Origin: Chiloscyllium plagiosum
Lineage: Eukaryota
Length of the DNA stretch: 64,000 bases
NCBI RefSeq assembly: GCF_004010195.1
Contig: NC_057719.1
Location: forward strand, 45,147,971 to 45,211,970
Reading direction: 5' to 3'
Shown: positions 62,651-64,000 of the stretch, piece after piece
Position numbering within the stretch: the stretch's first letter is position 1
How the letters are laid out: each line of letters starts with the position of its first letter
Translations under genes and position numbers: made by a program
Notes under the pieces: generated by a model
Database searches by the model: none
What the model was told of the DNA's origin: nothing
What the model saw: only the letters and a program-made list of their open reading frames with translations

Positions 62651-64000
62651 CTGCCAGGAGAGGAAAAAAGGTAGATTAAATGATACTGTGCAAGTATTCC
62701 TCATGGCGATATTAAAACAAAAAGCTGACTTGTTGAATTTAATTTGTAGCTGTTGATGCTAGTTTAGTTTTTATTAACTAGCAAAGTACTATTCTTAGTT
62801 ATCAAATTTATCCTGGTAAATAAAAATTGAAAGAATCGCAGATGCTATCATTTCTGAGGAAGGGTCATGGGACCCGAAATATTAACTGATTTCTTTTCAC
62901 TGATGCTAGCTTTTCTGGCAGCTTCTGTTTTTATTCATCCTGCTAAAGAAGGGCAAGAATTTAGTTATTCCACATTTCTTTTACTTAAGAATTCTACAAA
63001 TGAGAATAGAGAAATCCATTGTGAAGTCATTGAAAAGTGACCACAGCTTGAACATAGATGCGAAATGAAATGAAATTAGATGGGTATAAGTTCAGGATAC
63101 AAAGGGAATTGAATGATTATTTAAAAAGGATATTGCGCAAGGGAATGAGTAAATGGCAGGGCAATAGCACAATGTCCTGAATGGCCTCTTACTATGCTGT
63201 AACACTTGTGTGCTTCAGAACATTAAGGACTGACTCAACAAAGTATTTTTGTCTTATAGGAATGTACTTTTTCCTTTGAAAAGCAAACACTATTTCTTGA
63301 AGTACTGGTCTTGCACATGTATTTTTCACTTTCCACTGTAACAAATTCCCCATCACACATTTTATAATTAACCTTAAAATACATCTTTTTCAAACTTAAT
63401 GGAACATTCTATCATGCTAACAATCACTATTTCCTAAAGATTCTTTTACACACTTATTAATTAGTCCTCTCATTGCAATTGCATTAATGTTTACATAAAA
63501 ATAGATCTAAAACAGCCAGCGCTCTAGTTGATTTCTTAACATATTGTCCCAGAAAACAGTCTCCTACGTTCAAAGAATTTTTCCTCCATATCATTGACAC
63601 TCTGTACTTTTACCCAATCTAGAAGTAGTTAAGTGTCTCATTATTATTGCATTCCCCTTACTTATATGCATGTCTAATTCTCTGAGTTAGATCATGCTCT
63701 ACATTACCACATTGGTTAGTGTACCACTGCCATTAATGGTTAGTGGGCTATAAACCACTCAATGTTTGCTGCTAAAAGGTACGTTCCAAAAATGAAAAAC
63801 ATTTCAGCTTCCATTTGTGCAGTTGGTTGAAGTATAATGGTTGGGACACAAGAACTCCCTCCCTGCTCCTTTAATTCCATGAAATATTTTAGATCTCTGA
63901 GCACAGAAGCTTGTGTTCAATCCTCATTCTGCAATAAGTATTCCTTCTGTACTGCTTATGTGTGTCAAGCCAATATTGTGTCGTCTTAGAACCCTGTGGT

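Overview
Vertebrate nuclear DNA, almost certainly from a shark or ray: it carries several HE1-type V-SINEs and HER1/CR1 LINEs, and has two N gaps. The genes are the last coding exon and 3'UTR of GNG2 (+, 1582-1710), a complete 8-exon RTRAF/C14orf166 gene (+, ATG 27386 to TGA 59306, 242 aa, CpG-island promoter), and probably the tiny last coding exon of NID2 (-, 62640-62650), matching the human GNG2-RTRAF-NID2 order. The rest is mostly transposon-derived: Penelope-like elements (one with inverted pseudo-LTRs and a TSD), many short Penelope-derived elements with hammerhead-ribozyme cores, CR1 LINEs (one with an esterase ORF1), a tRNA-headed LINE, a solo LTR, a Tigger-like MITE and old Deu-SINEs. 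Most notable: minimal hammerhead ribozymes with different stems but a conserved core in at least two Penelope families, a recurring pattern of locally templated, often inverted insertions, and a LINE ORF2 that starts with a tRNA/SINE head. All calls come from reading the sequence by eye; repeat boundaries are approximate unless a TSD is given.
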